In this document: positions 62,207-64,000 of the stretch, piece after piece
Position numbering within the stretch: the stretch's first letter is position 1
Layout of the letters: every line of letters starts with the position of its first letter
Origin: Podarcis pityusensis
Taxonomy: Eukaryota
Assembly: GCA_964106645.2 (NCBI GenBank)
Contig: OZ067046.1
Length of the DNA stretch: 64,000 bases
Reading direction: 5' to 3' (one strand)
The notes under the pieces: generated by a model
Databases searched by the model: none
Seen by the model: the letters and a program-made list of their open reading frames with translations, nothing else
What the model was told of the DNA's origin: nothing
Position numbers and translations under genes: made by a program

Positions 62207-63940
62207 GGTGCTTCTTTTGCTTTTTATATGAAACAGGTAAATCTGAACATTTATCAAGAAAGGTTCAGAATTTCTGCTAGTATGTGAACAAGTTACTTCT
62301 TATACTTTATTAACTTATGTGCCACAGTACATTCCAGTGCTAGATTCATGGTTGCAACCTGAGAGCTTAGTGGTCTTAATATGTTTTGGAAAGAGTGCAA
62401 TTCTCACTGAGTTTAATTGGACATAGTCCCTGCTATGCTTACATAGAGGTAAAGCTAAAACTGATCCCCCCTTACAGTGTGTACAGAGACCCCCTCCCCC
62501 ACAGATTTCAGCTGAAATTGTCAATGTTTCCACAGCTAAAAACAATTGGAATCAGGACTTAAGTAGATTTTTCCATGACTAAAAAAAAAGTGTACTCAAA
62601 GTAAGTCTGAACCAACTCTGAAGTCTACTACTAGAAATTTCACAAATGGCCTTTCAGAAGATGCGCAGGTACTTAAGTTTTGATTGACTTCCTACTTCCA
62701 TATCAGCCTGTCCGTTCACTGGCCACACAGCATGATAAACCACACTCTATCTTAAACCATGGTTTAATGGTGATCCTGTCTTTCCTTTGCTGTGCAGGGC
62801 TCCACATGGCTCAGACAAACAATACTATGGCCTATTGTGTCATCTGAACCTGGTCTGCAAACAATGAGCAGCAAGCCAGAAATAAATCAGAAAGAATGGC
62901 CCCTAGGGAGAGGCAAATTCAGGATTAGAACGTAGTTTAAGATAAACCACTGCTTATCATGGCATGCAGACAAGGCCACTGAGATAATTGTCAGAGGCTT
63001 CTCTCTGGGTGCTCTTGCTGACTAAAGTATGACACATGGTAACCCGCAAGAGGGCTGTCTGTTGAATACTCACCCTGAGGTGGGCTGCATGTGCTCACTT
63101 CACTCCCTCAGTGCTCTCTTTTTGATACTGGATAGATACATGCTTTATTTTTCTGGGTTCTTCAAAGTATTTTTAACCCTGGGCAGAACAGTTTTAACTG
63201 CTATTTTAAGTTCTGTTACATTTATGTTGAATTTTTATTGGGCTGAATCCAGAGAGCTGCTTCTGCAAACAGAAGAGGCTCTACTGTTTGAGGAAGGGAC
63301 TGGGAACTAGCTGGGACTCCTGCTAGAGGAAACCAGGGAAGGCATTTCTCCCCATTTCCACATTCCCTCTGCAACCACCTGCACAATCTCTCACACTATC
63401 CTGGAGTGTCTCCAACTCTGGAGTGGATTTTGGGCACTGCAGTGGGAAGGACTATTTAGCAAAAAACTACATCTTGCATATTGAAGCGCCACTAACTCAC
63501 AACCCTCAGCAAAAGAACACTTGCCCTATTTATTTAGCAGATATACTTAATGAAAAATTCAGAATTTTCTGCTATGACTGTACCATCATTGAACTTGCTC
63601 TGGAAAGTAGCTTCCAGCCCATAAAAAAATGAAATAGCAAATGCATAGTTCTTTTAACACACACTGAATGATTTTAAGAAAGTGCTGTTGTTTTTTCATC
63701 TTCTCACATTGTTCATAGCTATGTTGAAATGATTTAAGCATCTGCAACAGCATTAATTTGGCTACTAGGGACACTAGCCTGTTCATTAAAGTATTTATGA
63801 AAGCATAGGAGCTAGGATATATATTTATTGAAGTCTTCCTATTGCATATGGAACATTTTAATATGATATATTAAAGTTTGAATTGGAAGGCAAAAGAAGC
63901 AAATGAAACCCGGTTTAATAAAGTTTGTTCCACAGCCTTT

Positions 63941-64000
63941 ATATATTATATATTATATATTATATATTATATATTATATATTATATATTATATATTATAT
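63941..64000. repeat. (ATATATT)n heptamer repeat
   Basis: Read directly from the sequence; runs off the window end. Confidence 0.95.

Overview
Vertebrate genomic DNA, most likely a lacertid lizard (inferred from Sauria SINEs with (ACCTTT)n tails, lizard-type Tigger/hAT MITEs, and BovB/RTE, CR1, L2, L1, Penelope and Rex1 relics). Two CpG-island promoters point away from each other. The first (~450-960) belongs to a minus-strand gene whose first exon splices at 515; this is probably OCIAD1, by synteny only. The second (~13100-14390) starts a plus-strand gene I identify as FRYL (furry-like). It has a non-coding exon 1 and two uORF-rich 5'UTR exons (26216-26394, 39494-39599). An internal alternative first exon (CDS 49383-49458) encodes MMLSLQDSVLFEINIKSLLKSWSSS, which is homologous to the FRY N-terminus. 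The main FRYL CDS lies beyond the window. The rest is intergenic or intronic DNA with many, often nested, transposable elements. Most notable: (i) three stop/start-overlapping uORFs, one per frame, in front of the alternative FRYL start; (ii) a complete, TSD-flanked 2.1-kb retroposon with one ORF and no RT (HAL1-like); (iii) a Penelope hairpin with two opposed minimal hammerhead-ribozyme motifs; (iv) a ~260-bp inverted duplication later split by nested insertions; (v) a 5'-only Rex1/Babar fragment; (vi) a tRNA-Gln(CTG) pseudogene; (vii) solo LTRs with a recurring acidic/SP-Arg ORF relic. All homology calls are from recognition and memory, not from searches. No prokaryotic-type systems are present.
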